64,000 nt of DNA from Vitrella brassicaformis CCMP3155 (GCA_001179505.1 CDMY01000214.1:62001-126000), one strand, 5' to 3'; shown: positions 13,250 to 26,416, counted from the stretch's first letter. Translations and numbers: made by a program. The notes: generated by a model not told the origin, from the sequence alone.

Positions 13250-13760
13250 CCGACAGACACATGGGGGGCATGGCCACACTCATATAGAGAGGAAGAGGCG
13301 TCTGAGCTCTGCAGAGAGGGGATGGATGGATGGATGGATGGGCCACTCGTGTATGTGTGTGTAGAGAGCGGTAGTGCGTGTGGCGAGTGTTTTGGCCAGC
13401 AGGTGTGCAGGGTGGGGTGCGTGTCTGTCTGTACTGATCTCATCTCATGTCATCTCATGTCATCTGTCTCACTCGCTCACTGTGCAGCAGTGCACACTGT
13501 GCACTCTTGGTCACTTGATCGATCACTGTCTGTGCAGCCAACGGTCTTGCCAATGTGCCTGCCTTGTCATCACGACGAACGAGAGTAGGTGCCTGTCTGC
13601 CTGTCTGTCCGTCTGTCTGTCGATTATGAGAATGGAGTTTTGGGCTTTTTGGACACATGTTATGACCGACTGCATACCTGCAGCCCTGTGCGTGTGTCAA
13701 TTGCACCCCTGTCACCCGATCGCGAGCTAAGCGTGCAGGGGCCGGCCTTTTTGTGGGAGA

Positions 13761-15156
13761 ATGGCCGCGTATTCGCCTGCCAACGACCCCTACCGCGGTT
13801 TCTATGCAAACGCCGCTTCCCCCACGCACCAGCAGCAGCAACAAGGCCTCGCCCCCCCGCACCACCAGGGCCACCAGCTCCCCTTCTCCACTCCCCAGAG
13901 CCCCGTGACTGAGTCCGTCCGCCCCTCTGGTGTGGACCCGCTGCTGGTGACGCTGCCCACCTACACTAACCTGCCCGTGCAGCCCGCGCCCGCAGTTCGT
14001 CAGTTCGTTGTACCGGCCCCCCTCGCACAGCAGGAGAAGAAACCTGAGGAAGAGAGAAGAGAGGAAGGGCTCTCTGGTGCGGCAGAGGATATGCAGGGCC
14101 CGGCCGCTGCCGCTGCTGCGGCGGCGGCGGCTCCTGGCGGTGCTGTTGGGGCTCGGGAAGTCCCCCAGCAGCAGCAGCAGGTGCCGGTGCAGGTTCATCA
14201 TGGGGTTGGGGGTGTTGCTGGTGAGTGGCAAGGTCCCAACGGTGGCGTGATGATGGGTCCTGAAGGTCCGTTCTTCATGACGAGCATGGTCAACGAGGAG
14301 AGCTTCCGGAAGGGCCTCCCTTCGCCTCACCTCCACCCAGTAAGGGAGACAGAGACACTCACTTACACACACAGGAGCCCCGTTTCATGCCGTGTCTGCA
14401 GGCGTATCAGGCTGTGTTGGGCGCGACACACAAGTCTCCGTACAACCCCGAGGCCCAAACGCGTCTGCCCACTTCCCAAGAGGTGTACTCTGCCGTCGCC
14501 ATGGTGCAGAACCAAGCCAACCCCATCGTCTACGCACCACTGCCGCCGCCGCCACCGCCTCCCCCACCACCGGCTCCCATTCAGCAGTACATCCCCGTTC
14601 CGGCGCCGCAGCCACAGCCGCAGTACGTTCTGCCCTCCCCGCCGCCTCAGCACAGGGCCCCGCCGACCAGGTCGAGTTGGCGCAAATCGTCGTTTGAGAC
14701 CCGTCCGCCTGTCCCGGACCAGCACAAGTACGTGCCACCGGCCCCCCAGCCCCAGCCGATGCCGGGGCCGGTGGGCCCTGACGGCAAGCACGTGCGCTTC
14801 GCCGACCAGCTGCAGGACACCGTGGTGCAGCAGCACGACGAGCTGGCGCCCACAGTGGTGCCTGTCATCCAGTATGTGCCCGTGGTGACCCACGCCGTGG
14901 CGCCCCCGGCCTTGTTGACGACGACCCAGACCCTGCGGGGGCCGAACAACCTGCTGGAGACGACCCGGCGCACCAACCAGATGCTCAACACGACGCTGAA
15001 TTCCACCACGCGGAGGTCGATTGGCGGCGGACCGACGCTGGCGCAGCTGCCGTTGAAGCCCGGAGACGACTGCCTGGCCCCCTTCAACTGCTGCGGGTGC
15101 TTCGGTGAGCATAACGGGGCGACGGGGGGTGGCGTATGTGGGTGTTTTTGAGGTGT

Positions 15157-15187
<31 letters not shown>

Positions 15188-15209
15188 TGCAGGGCCGAAC
15201 GGCTGCTGA
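13761..15209 (+). CDS. Pro/Gln/Val-rich hypothetical protein with Cys-rich C-terminus
   Basis: Two long exons joined over a phase-0 intron (14340-14401). A short last exon gives ...DDCLAPFNCCGCFGPNGC-stop. Coding-like GC3 bias throughout. Confidence 0.65.
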
Positions 15210-15768
15210 GCACGAGAAGGTGTGTCTGTCTTCATCAAGATGATCATCGTCTCGTCATATCATCGTCGTTTGAGCAAATAAGGCTTGAGGAGACATCATA
15301 TATACACACATACACACATACATATACGCAGTTCGCACAAAATGAAGCAGGTTCGGTTCCTTTGCTGACAGAGAGAGACACAAGTGGGGTGACTGAGTAG
15401 GTGTGTGTGTCTGACGGCACGGCACGGCACGGCTGGCACGATTGATAGCGGCTAAAGGGCCCTGACTGATCAGGTGAATGAGTTGGGAGGGGGAACAGGC
15501 AGACAGACAGACAGACAGGCGGGCGGGTGCACAACGACCGACAAAGCAAGCAAATCAACAATGCTCAATGGGGTCCGGCGAAGGACGTGAAAAGTCGTGC
15601 CTTCGCGCAGTATACGCTGCGATCGACGTATGTGCACACACAGACACGAACCACGACGAGCATCTCATTCAATTATCAACACTGAGGCACAAAATCGACG
15701 TATTTACACACGCACCCCCCCACACACCCAGCCGGAGACGCCCAGCGGAACGCCCTCATTCACGTCAG

Positions 15769-17252
15769 TCACGCAACGATCTCCGGCGTCTTGAGGTCGC
15801 TCTGCTCCTCATCAACAGTGTGGCCGTCGTCATGTGTCGTCACCACAGACAGCTGCACCGACTTCTTGGTGTCCTGCTCCGGCTCTTGCCGACTCTCCCC
15901 GTTGTGCTGGTGCTGCTTTCTCTCCCCCCGTGTGTGGACGAATTGGAAGATGCACACCCCCAAGAACACCAGACAGAAGCCCACCGCTCGAGGGGTGGTC
16001 ACTGGGTCCAACTCAAGGTCGAAGGCCGGCGCCAGCAAGGCGTCAAACAACAGAGACCCCGCCTGATTGATGGACACACACACAGAGAGAGAGAAAGAGC
16101 GGCATGGAAAGCCTGAGGGCTTCTTGTGCTTCCTCGGTGCAATCAATGCCTGCCTACCAGCTGCCCCAGAATGGTGAGAGAGAATGTGGCCGCGAAGGAT
16201 ATGTAGGTCGGGCAGACGATCCAGACCGTGACGACGCACACCCCAATAGCCCCTCCCAGCCACTTCCAAGTGTCGCCGACAGACTGCGTCGACTGCGACA
16301 CATCAGGCACCACGCCCGTGCAGAGGCTCGCGATGGCGAGAGATAACGTCCCCATCACAAAAGACACGAACCCACCTGCACCCCCGAGATTGCAACAGAG
16401 GTTCGCTGTGTGTGTGTGTTATATGCCCACCTCGCCATGGGCTGCCAAGTGAGTGGCCGACCTTTCTGTTCCAGGTGGACTGAAGCACCAGAAAACACCC
16501 TGATTCACTCACACACAAACACATACACACGCTCGCATCCATGCCTCTCCTCTCCCTTACCGGCCATGAGCGCCAAAACGACATAAAGTGCATAGAGGGG
16601 TTCGAAGGACGCCCCAAGGATCCTGTCAAGCTGGAACACGACAGTCCCAACGACCACCACGAAGCCACCCAGAGCCCGCATGGCGGTCAGCGGCCGCACA
16701 GGCGACCAAAACCAACCGAGGGAATCCACAAGCAGCGACGTCGCCACCTGCACCCACAAGCCCAATTGACACACATGAAGCAAGACACACCACCAGCACC
16801 AGCAGCAGCAGTGATGATTCTCACCCACCTGCCCGCAGACGACACAGACGTAGAACACCCCAAACCCGATCAGCGGCGTGAGCAGCACACTGCATGCGAC
16901 GTAGAAGCTCCCCAGCGTGCCGCCGAACAAGACCACCATCCGAGGAAACGCTCTAACTTCCTTGCAGAACGTCCTCAAGTTGGAGAGCCTCAGCCGCGGG
17001 AAGGCGAAAAATGCGAGCAGCACCGCGCCAGTGGCGAATGAGAAAAAGGCCGACCAGAGGCCGTGACCGACATCTCTGCCGAGGTTTATGTTGATAGCGG
17101 CCTGCAAAGAGCACGCGCAGTGAGAGCATGTGACAGATCTGCTTCCTCTGCTCATTGCTTGCCTCACGGACCTGCAGCGGCAGCCCAGCTCCTGCGATGA
17201 AGCACGCCAAGGGCACGCACACCAGCACAAGCAACACATTCTTGGTGTCCAT
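15769..17252 (-). CDS. DMT-superfamily transporter, YdcZ/DUF606-like (two tandem repeats)
   Basis: Spliced: AGAGLPLQAAININLG...WSAFFSFATG...GGTLGSFYV...GQVATSLLVDSLGWF, then a second repeat ...LQSTWNRKVG...FVSFVMG...WKWLGGAIG...GQLAGSLLFD. About 10 hydrophobic helices. Confidence 0.8.
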
Positions 17253-17551
17253 TTGAGTCAATCACAAGCGTTGAATTCGATGTGAGGTGGATGAGTGTGG
17301 CATAGGCGACATCCCCAAGCGAAGGATCTTGGCGTTTTGCCGCTCCTTTTCGATCGCCCTTCCGTGTTGAGCTTGCAGGGTTTTCTGAATCCATCAGCTT
17401 TGACGCTCGAGCGAGGAGAGGGAAGGAAGGCTGCTCGCCGTCAAGGATTCATAGTACCATCGGCTCACAATGATATAGGTGAGGAAATCTGTTGGTCGAA
17501 CCATGCATGATACGTGCTTGTGGATCTGGGTCCAGGGCTTCTACACAACAG

Positions 17552-18126
17552 ATGGGAAAGAAGAGGAAAGAGGGATTCTACGATACCACCAAAGACTGGA
17601 GAAACGTAAGCACGGCACACACAATTCACATACCAATGATGCTCGCTCGAGCCTCTTGTCTGTCTGTCTGCTGTGTGTGTGTGTGTGTGTGTTTGAAGCC
17701 GTACATCGATTATCTGCCGGGTCAGCGGCTGCCCAAAAGGCTGCGATGGATCTGGCCGCTCATCACCATTTCCGTGAGTCAACTCCCTCACGCACAGACG
17801 ACGCTCACAAGAATGCGCTGTGTGTGTGTGTGTGTGTGTGTGTCATGGGTATCAGTTACCCCCCACCATCCTCCTCCTCGGTCCGGCCTTCGTCCAGGCA
17901 GGGTTCCAGGTATGCACACCAACACAGACGCACCACAGACACAGACACACACATCGCTGGCTGTTCCTTCGCCGTGGTCGTCATGCAGAGCCGTGCTGAA
18001 CGGAGAAAGGAGATCCGGCTGATGAGGGAGGAGCTCGAGAGAGAGGGTTTGAGTGCCGAGCAGCGGGAGGGGGATGCAGGCATCAAGTCGGGAGTGTCCT
18101 TGCACATCAACACCTTCATCAGATGA
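17552..18126 (+). CDS. Small hypothetical membrane protein
   Basis: Four exons join in frame: MGKKRKEGFYDTTKDWRN|PYIDYLPGQRLPKRLRWIWPLITIS|LPPTILLLGPAFVQAGFQ|SRAERRKEIRLMREELEREG. No family recognised. Confidence 0.5.
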
Positions 18127-18606
18127 CTGGCTGACCAGCTGGGAGGGAGGGAGTGAAACGTGGGCCGGTCTGTCTGAGCATTGACTTGATGCTCGTATGT
18201 ATTGTGCATTTGTTGGTCGGACTATGCACAGGCAGGGCACCAAGAGAGCAAGATCGCTCAGATGCTCTATGCTCTGCGGCCTCAAGAAAGAAGAGATTGT
18301 GGGGCATTGAATGCGACTGGTATTGATGCATAGGGGGTCGGTCTCTCACGATTTCTCACGTGCAAGGCAAACGCAACGCGGGTTGGGAAATACCCTTGGT
18401 TCACGGCGAGATTGCGGATTCTCGCCAGGAGACAATTTCTTTTTTCTCCAGAGCCAGGATGGTCAAATTCTTTCACGCATCCCGTCCACAACCGTTTCTC
18501 CTCCCGCCCTGATTCTTTCCGCCTGGTTGGCGCCGCCCCCCCGCCCTCCCTCCCTCCCCCCCTCCCTCCCTCCCTTGAGGTGCGCTCAACTGATTTCGGC
18601 AGCAGC

Positions 18607-19346
18607 ATGAGCGTGACCCTGTTCCTGAGCCAAACCATCGAGTCGGAGTCCGTGTGGTGGCTGCTCCAATTCTACCGCAACAACAACGTCCAGCTGACCA
18701 TCGAGCCGACTGAAGACGTAAGAGGGAGGCTGGAACGGCTCATGATGGGGCGCAGGGCGCATGTCAGGAGAGGGATGGTGCTGCCCTCCTGGTGCGCTTC
18801 AGATCTACGAGAGGCCGTCGTTGGTGTGCAGGGGCGGCTACTACCGTGGTCTGCGTGAGGTGGTGGGCAAGCTCGTCGACATCAGTGTGCTCGAGCTCGA
18901 GGACGACCCCAACATCAATGAGAGATGCGGAACAGAACGGATGAGAAGCGCGCCTCACTCAGCACATCCATGTGTGGCGTATGTGTGTTTGCAGGCACTC
19001 AACCATATGCTGACGGCGCTGGAGGACAGGGCGGACCTCTATGGCGGCCTCCAGGAGGTATGTGTGTGTGTGTGTGTGTGTGTGGCTCCGCAGAGGATAC
19101 GCGAGGAACCAGGCAAGTTCCTGTTCTACCGCGAGGAGCTCACCGGCATCGACCTTCTGGCCCTCCCCTACGCCGATGCACAACAGGTCCTCTTCACACT
19201 CCGAAAGGGAACACACACGCCACGGCGACATGACGCATTGTACTGCGGTGTTGCAGGACAAGCTGCAAGACCCGGTGGTGCAGCTCTGGATCGACCGCGT
19301 GAGAGGGGCGATTGAGGAGATGCGGCAGGGGCGGCGCAGGGGGTAA
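18607..19346 (+). CDS. GST-fold protein (about 170 aa), probably a truncated remnant of a multi-GST gene
   Basis: Thioredoxin-like N-part (VTLFLS, ESVWWLLQFY, RPSLVCRGG..RGLREVVGKL) and helical C-part with the N-capping box (KFLFYREELTGIDLLALPYA...DPVVQLWIDRV). One splice donor appears lost (no GT after AATGAG at about 18922). Confidence 0.6.
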
Positions 19347-19480
19347 CCAACGGTACGCAGAATGACGCACTCACTGCACATCGGCGTCTGAATGTGTGGC
19401 ATTTTGTTTGTGTACTGGCAGGCGAGCGACGTGAGGGCGAGCGGGTCAGGAAAAGCGTGGGTGCTTTTGGTGCGCTTCAG

Positions 19481-20759
19481 ATCCACGAGGAGCCGTCGCT
19501 GGTCTGTGTGGACGGGTTTGTGCGCGGCCGGCGTGAGGTGATCGACAAGCTGATCGAGATTGGCGCCATCCGACTGGCAGGTGGGTGAGGAACAGACTAG
19601 TGGATGAGAACGCACCCCAGACACGCCATGCGTGTGATGTGATGTGATGTGTCAACAGCGCGCTGGGGGAGTGTTGCCGCGACGGCCGACTGCGGGAGGT
19701 GGGTGGCTGTGCGTATTCCACAAATGTGATTTGGCAACCACATGTGTTTCTGTGTCTGTTTTCTTTGTGGGTCTTTTGCAGCTCGTCACCACGGCGCCCG
19801 ATTTCCTTCTCAGGCACAAGCTCACGAGCCTGGACGTGTTGCTGTACCCCTACGTGACGGCACTGCAGGTCAGTTTCGACACCAACCTACTACTACAGAA
19901 GCAAGGCACCACACACCCGCACCCCTGCCGTCCATTGTGCTGCGTGCGTGGTTGCAGGAACAAGCCAATGAACCAGCTCTCCAGCACTGGATCGGCACCA
20001 GTGAGTATGTGGTACCTGCAGCACACGTGTGTGAGTCCCTCCCTGTTTGTGTCTTGGCGTCTGCTCAGGTGCGGATCGAGCACTTACGCGCGATGTTTCC
20101 GCCTTCAATGTACCGCCCGACGCGCACATACGCGGGTGATACAACGACATCTGTACGCTGGTGCCGCCCGGCGCCACCCAGCGCGAGCGTGCTACGAAAG
20201 CGCAAGGACGCCGACGGCTGGGTGCTTGTATCATTGCTCCCCCTTCTCGGCGTCCCGCACCAAGGGCAAGAAGCTGGCGGGCAACCGCTTCTCCGTCTTC
20301 ATCGACGACGACGAGTCAGACAGCGAGACCAAGGCAGGCGACAAGAAGAAGAAGCAGCGCAAGAACAAGAAGAAGAAGACCAAGTCCAGCACCGAATCAT
20401 CCACCAACGACGGTGCCTCCCGCACCCCCGCACCTGCCCACGAGGCCGAGGAGACCGAGCCGTGAGTGAGTGCACCAAAGCTGTGCTGTATGTCATGTGC
20501 GAATGTCATGTGGTGCTGTGTGTGTGTGCGTCTTGGCAGACCTTCTCCGACCCCAACGGCCGCTTCCTCGGCCACGGCGGCGACTTCAGCGCCATCGACG
20601 TCCTGTTGTATCCATTCGTCGAAGCGCTGGCAGGGGTACACACAGACAGACACTAATTATAATGTCCTTCCGGCTGCTGTGTTGCTTGCAATGCAGAGGC
20701 GGCCGAAGGACCCGGGCGTCAAGGCGTGGCTCAACCGAGTCGGGCCGGTGATAGAGTAG
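19481..20759 (+). pseudogene. Further GST-like exons plus a Lys-rich linker (degenerate continuation of the 18607 gene)
   Basis: Exon IHEEPSLVCVDGFVRGRREVIDKLIEI is paralogous to exon 2 of the 18607 gene and has the same ggtgcgcttcag acceptor. Also DFLLRHKLTSLDVLLYPYV, RFLGHGGDFSAIDVLLYPFV and DPGVKAWLNRV. Confidence 0.5.
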
Positions 20760-21490
20760 TTGCACCAGCGGCTGCGCAGGCATCAAGTACGGGCCACTAT
20801 ACACTGCACATCGGCGGCTGTATGTGTGTGTGGCTCCTTGCAATATGTGCGTGCGTGCGTGTGTGTGCTTTTGTTGTTGTTGTTGTTGTTCTCCGTCTTC
20901 ATCGACGACGACGAGTCAGACAGCGAGACCAAGGCAGGCGACAAGAAGAAGAAGCAGCGCAAGAACAAGAAGAAGAAGACCAAGTCCAGCACCGAATCAT
21001 CCACCAACGACGGTGCCTCCCGCACCCCCGCACCTGCCCACGAGGCCGAGGAGACCGAGCCGTGAGTGAGTGCACCAAAGCTGTGCTGTATGTCATGTGC
21101 GAATGTCATGTGGTGCTGTGTGTGTGTGCGTCTTGGCAGACCTTCTCCGACCCCAACGGCCGCTTCCTCGGCCACGGCGGCGACTTCAGCGCCATCGACG
21201 TCCTGTTGTATCCATTCGTCGAAGCGCTGGCAGGGGTACACACAGACAGACACTAATTATAATGTCCTTCCGGCTGCTGTGTTGCTTGCAATGCAGAGGC
21301 GGCCGAAGGACCCGGGCGTCAAGGCGTGGCTCAACCGAGTCGGGCCGGTGATAGAGTAGTTGCACCAGCGGCTGCGCAGGCATCAAGTACGGGCCACTAT
21401 ACACTGCACATCGGCGGCTGTATGTGTGTGTGGCTCCTTGCAATATGTGCGTGCGTGCGTGTGTGTGCTTTTGTTGTTGTTGTTGTTGTT
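20289..21490. repeat. Exact 600-bp tandem duplication
   Basis: 20289-20890 recurs at 20889-21490, with no differences seen on line-by-line comparison. The junction lies at a (GTT)n tract. Confidence 0.95.
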
Positions 21491-21549
21491 GTTCTTGTTG
21501 TTGTTGTTCTTGTTGTTGTTGTTCTTGTTTTTGTACTTACTGGCAGGTG

Positions 21550-24017
21550 AGTGAGGTGAGGGCGAGCGGTATGCAGCCCGCGACGGACGTGCAGCCGACA
21601 GTGGGCCGTGTGGACGAGGTGCGTACGGACACATACACCCGCACCACACACTGGCAGGCAATGAAAACACACACACCCATCCACCTCGTGTGTTTGTGGT
21701 ATGCAGCTGAGAGCAACAAGTCCTGCCGTTCCTTCGAGTCGCTGGATCTTTTCATCCATCGCTGGCTACATTTTATATCCCGACGACAGTGAACAGACAG
21801 AGACACTCATGCACGCGCGCTGGGACGACAGGCGCAGGGCCGCATCGTCTGAGACATGGTACTGAGACATAGCGGAGCATCAGCATATATGTCGACTTGA
21901 ACGCTTTGCTGATGCTTTTGCCCTGTGTACTGACAGGCAGCTGACGTGCACGCGGCGTCCACCGAGGGTCAGCAAGCGGCCCAGGTGGCCCAGGAATTCA
22001 TTACACATTGCTGGTTCCTGTGTCAGCAGGTGGCGGTTCAGCGTGTTGTACACCCCCCTCAGCAGCAGACGAGAGAACCGATGCATACACACACGATGCA
22101 CAGTCATACGCACACACATGCTCTTCTTTGGTGCCGGACCATATGCCGTGTTTTCTTTCGTGCCCAGCAGCGTGGACCTTCTGGCCCTCCCGTACGCCGA
22201 TGCACAACAGGTCCTCTTCACCCGCCACGGCGACATAACGCATTGTACTGCGGTGTTGCAGGACGATTGGCAAGACCCGGTGGTGCAGCTCTGGATCGAC
22301 CGCGTGAGAGCGGCGATTGAGGAGATGCGGCGGGGGCGGCGCAGGGGGTACCCAAGGGTACGCAAAATGACGCACGCACTGCACATCGGCGTCTGAATGT
22401 GTGGGACCATGGGTCTGGCATTTTGTCTGTGTACCGGGAGGCGAGCGACGTGAGGGCGAGCGAACCGCAGCCGGCCACCAATGTGCAGGGGATAGCGGTG
22501 CAGGCAAACCAGGTACACATTGACGCACACACTGGCAACACACACGCATTCTCACATTCCTGGTTCCTGTGTCAGCAGAACTCGTTTCGTATGGCCCAAG
22601 TCACGCAGCAGCCGTTCGTCACACTGGTCCACCCTCTCTTCTTGGTCACTCATCCATCTATCTATCCATCCATCCATCCACAACACGTGCACATGCCTGT
22701 CTGGCGGGGTGCGGGGCGATGGCCTGCGTGGATGGATCGAGAGTGTGTCGTCGATTGGATGGGTGGATGGATGGATGGATGGTTTGATATATACGGATGG
22801 ATGGAGAACGCATAAGTAAGAGCCTGGCCTTTTGTGCTGGGCATCGTATGTATGGGACACAGGGGGAAGGGAGGACGAATGTATATATCGACTGGCTGGC
22901 TAAGTGCCCTTGCTTGCCTCTTTGCCTGCTCTCTCTCTGCCGGCCGGCTGTTTTTCTGTTGTGTACAAGAGTGTCTGTCTGTCTGGCTGGCTGGCTGGCT
23001 GTGTGTAATTGCTCACATGCATTGCATTGTTACAAGTGTGCAGATCGCTGGATGGCAGATCGTCTCTTCCCGTGTTTCATCCCAAGGTGTGTACACACAC
23101 GACTCGACACACACAGTGAGGGATGCACACACATGCGTGTCCTCTATGGCAGATGCCGGCCAAGTACCGATACACATGCTGCCCACACGACTATGGCCGC
23201 ACGTACACACACACTGTGGTGCCCTTCGACTGGACAGTATGCACACACACACACACACCCCGGCAGGCAGGCAGGCAGGGGTACCACTCGTCGGCTGTTG
23301 GTTGTGTTGGCTGCAGGATTCTGGAGCTGTGTACCGGTTGTTGATGCAGCCGAAATGCTACCAGGACCACATTCTCAAGTCCATCACGCCCAGTGTGTGT
23401 GTCAGTACGTAGGTACTTTGTCACAGGCATGCATGGATGAGTCCCTCCTCTTTGTGTCTCGGTGTCTCCGTCAGGTGCCCATCGACCAGCTGCGGATGAT
23501 GTACCCACCGTCGATGTACAGATCGACCTGCAGCTATGCCGGTAAGACATCAACCACTCACTGCACACACAAAGACACACAGGCGTGGCGCCCACGCATT
23601 CTCATTCCTCTACGTGTCTACGTGCATCTGTGTGGGGCGTGCAGAGTCCAACAAGACCAAGTCAGCCTGCGTGCTTCTCGTGGGGCTGAGGCAGGCGGGG
23701 CGAAGGAGAAAGTGGTCGTCATCGACAATGTTGCCATGAATGCAGAGGCCTTCGATGCATGCGGCGTTGAAGGAAGCACAGAAGACCGCTGCATGCCAGA
23801 GAAACGGCTTGTTTTCTTTATCGCTGGCTACATTTTATATCCCGACGACTGTGAAAGGACAGAGACACGCACGCGCGCTGGGACGACAGGCGCAGGGCCG
23901 CGCCTGCACCCGAGAGCACGCCGACAGCACCACGAGACTTCTGCGTGCTGTCGGTGGTGGCTGTGCGGCGGTGCGGATGCTCCGTCTATTTCTGTCTACA
24001 TTTTATATCATCCATGA
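21550..24017 (+). pseudogene. Degenerate copies of GST-like and associated exons
   Basis: About 22173-22400 matches 19150-19395 (DLLALPYADAQQ, DPVVQLWIDRV). 23473-23545 (VPIDQLRMMYPPSMYRSTCSYAG) matches about 20068-20140 (VRIEHLRAMFPPSMYRPTRTYAG). No continuous ORF could be built. Confidence 0.5.
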
Positions 24018-24118
24018 TGTGGTCATTCTCCGTGTCGTGCAGAACACGAGACTCATCTAACTAAATCACAACAGATTTTTGCGTCACGTACACACCTGCG
24101 TATTGCGCTACACATGAC

Positions 24119-26157
24119 TCAGTCCGCCAGCTCTACGTGTATCATCACACCGCCACCCAGACCCAGCTCATCTACACACACACACACACACATGCACACA
24201 CAAAGAAGACATATGTAAGTGTGCGCATACCACAACCGATCGGACACGTGCGCGTGAATACCGATTGGTGAGTCTCGTTTCGCCGTGAGGTAGTCCTCAG
24301 TATTGGTGCTGAGCCTTGTCATGCCTCCGCCGTCCACAGGGAAGAATCGAAGGGCCAGGTGACTCGCAGCGCGGCACGATGCATCATGCCTACACACACA
24401 GAACCAACACGCACCTCAAATACGCCTCGCATCCAGAAGCACACCCCCAGGCTCACTCACCGTCTGGCGAATGTGAAGATGGCTCGCAGCTTGGTGCTCT
24501 TGTCGAACTTGCCCCTCACTGTCTTGCCGCTGGGCAGCCGCAGCGCCAGTGCCATGTCGCCCTCCTCGCCCAGCGCCTCCGGCTCACTGTCACCCTCGTC
24601 CCTGTGGGTATCGGCGGATGCTGCTGCTGCTGCTGCTGCAGATGGTGGCTGGTGCTGGTCCTCGTGGTGATGCTGTCGGTCTTCGGTGTGCTGTGGAGGT
24701 GGTAGTGGGTGTGTGGTGGCCGGGTGCTGCTGCAGCTGGCGGATGGCATTGCTGACCTTGATACGATGGCCGGCTGATGAGAAAAGATAGAGGGACAGGT
24801 GTGTGTGGTTTGGGGGCGAGCGTGAGTGTGTGTGTGTGCGTGTATGGCTACTCACGTAGGCAGTTGACGATATCGAGCATTTGGTCGACATCCTGCCGAC
24901 CCATCAGGGCGAATGTCTGCATGTCGTCGTATCCGCTGTCCCTCAGCCGCTGGGCATACACAGACAGCCCATGACCCGACAGCCACACATCCACCTGCAA
25001 ACCACCCACACCACCCACTCAGTGGATAAACGCATCAATGCACCATGGCCAGCCCTCTCTCCCCTCACCGTGTCCTCATCATGTTTCTTGCAGTGGTCCG
25101 TATGTGCGTCAGCTGCCGATGATGTGTCCCCGCCCCCTCCGCCGCCGCCCCACGCCATGCACACCTCTTGTTTGACTTTGGCCGCTGCCTCGCGGCGCTT
25201 CCGCTTGGCCGCGCGCCTGACATACACACACACATTCACACACAGGGAGAGAGAAAAGATGAGAGTCGAGGCTGAATGCGATGCGGTCTTTCGTGTAGCT
25301 GACTGACCATTCCTCCATGTGTTTTGCCTGCTCCTCTTTGTCTATCTCTTTCTTGCGCTTCTTCTCCTCTGCCGCCTTCCTGGCCTTCTCCTGACGCACC
25401 TGCCTGACACACACAAGCAAGGTATGTATACACACACGCACATGTGTGTTCGTGTGAGTTGTGTGTGTCGTCTGTCTGTGTGTGTGGAGGACCTGGGTGT
25501 GCGTCCCTTCTGCTGCAGGTGGCTGAGGGCAGACTGGCGAACGGCGTCTGAACGACAACAAGGCGCACGGGGTGGGACGAGGGATGCGAGCACCGACGGT
25601 CTGTTGTGACATCATGATGCTTGCCTGCAGCGCTTGTCGGCTTCTCCCCTACACCCAGAAGCGCCTCCACAAAGTTGAACCTGCGCAGATGAAGACCATA
25701 GCAACTCGATAGATGAACAGGTGCCAACACACACACACACACCTGCCCGTTTCCTTGCTCACTGGTCTGCTGCAGGCACGGGCCTGGCCTGCTGGGCGAT
25801 CTCTTCCCGCCGCTGCAGGTCTTTGAACCTCTCAGGGTCAGGCGGCCGCACATGGTAGGCACCACGGAACTGACATATTGACACACACACAGACACAGAG
25901 AGCGACGCACAAGCACTGAGTACACGCCTGCAATGCGGGGTCATCCATCCATTCATTGTGCGTACCTGCCAATCCCGCGATGCACCGCTCGGTGCATTTC
26001 TTCTCTTGGGCTGAGCGATGAGCTGCTCCTCATATGTATCGTCGGGAGCACGCACGGCATCGCCCTCCTCGAGCGGCAGGTTCTCATCCTGCTCCTCGTC
26101 CGCCTCTTCATCTTGCTGCTGATCTGGCTCATTCTCGCCATCAAAGCCGTCAGCCAT
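24119..26157 (-). CDS. Coiled-coil + SAM domain + UBX domain protein
   Basis: SAM-like segment YAQRLRDSGYDDMQTFALMGRQDVDQMLDIVNCL.GHRIKVSNAIRQL. C-terminal UBX-like segment LALRLPSGKTVRGKFDKSTKLRAIFTFAR...LGLGGGVMIHVELAD-stop. Acidic N-terminus and K/E-rich helical exons. Confidence 0.7.
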
Positions 26158-26416
26158 TGCGACACGAAAATTTATGGATTGCAGTAGCGGCGTGCTGAAG
26201 GAAGCTTTGAGGCACGGAAATACCAAAACAGCAGCGGTTTCAGGGAGCACCGAATTTTTGCGAGCTACTAGGAGAGGAGAGACCGAAACGTAGCCTGGTA
26301 CGTAACCTGGTGGTTTTGACGTCGCCGTGTTGGATGAAGGAGAAGAGCCTGCAGCAGTCGTGAAAGCAGTCCGACATTGCCCCTTGGTTTTCTCATCTTC
26401 TTCTCTCCGCTGACCG

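Noticed and set aside
22650-22800. Hairpin or MITE formed by (ATCC)n and (GGAT)n tracts
   Set aside because: These tetranucleotide repeats occur throughout the window in both orientations, so the complementarity is expected by chance.
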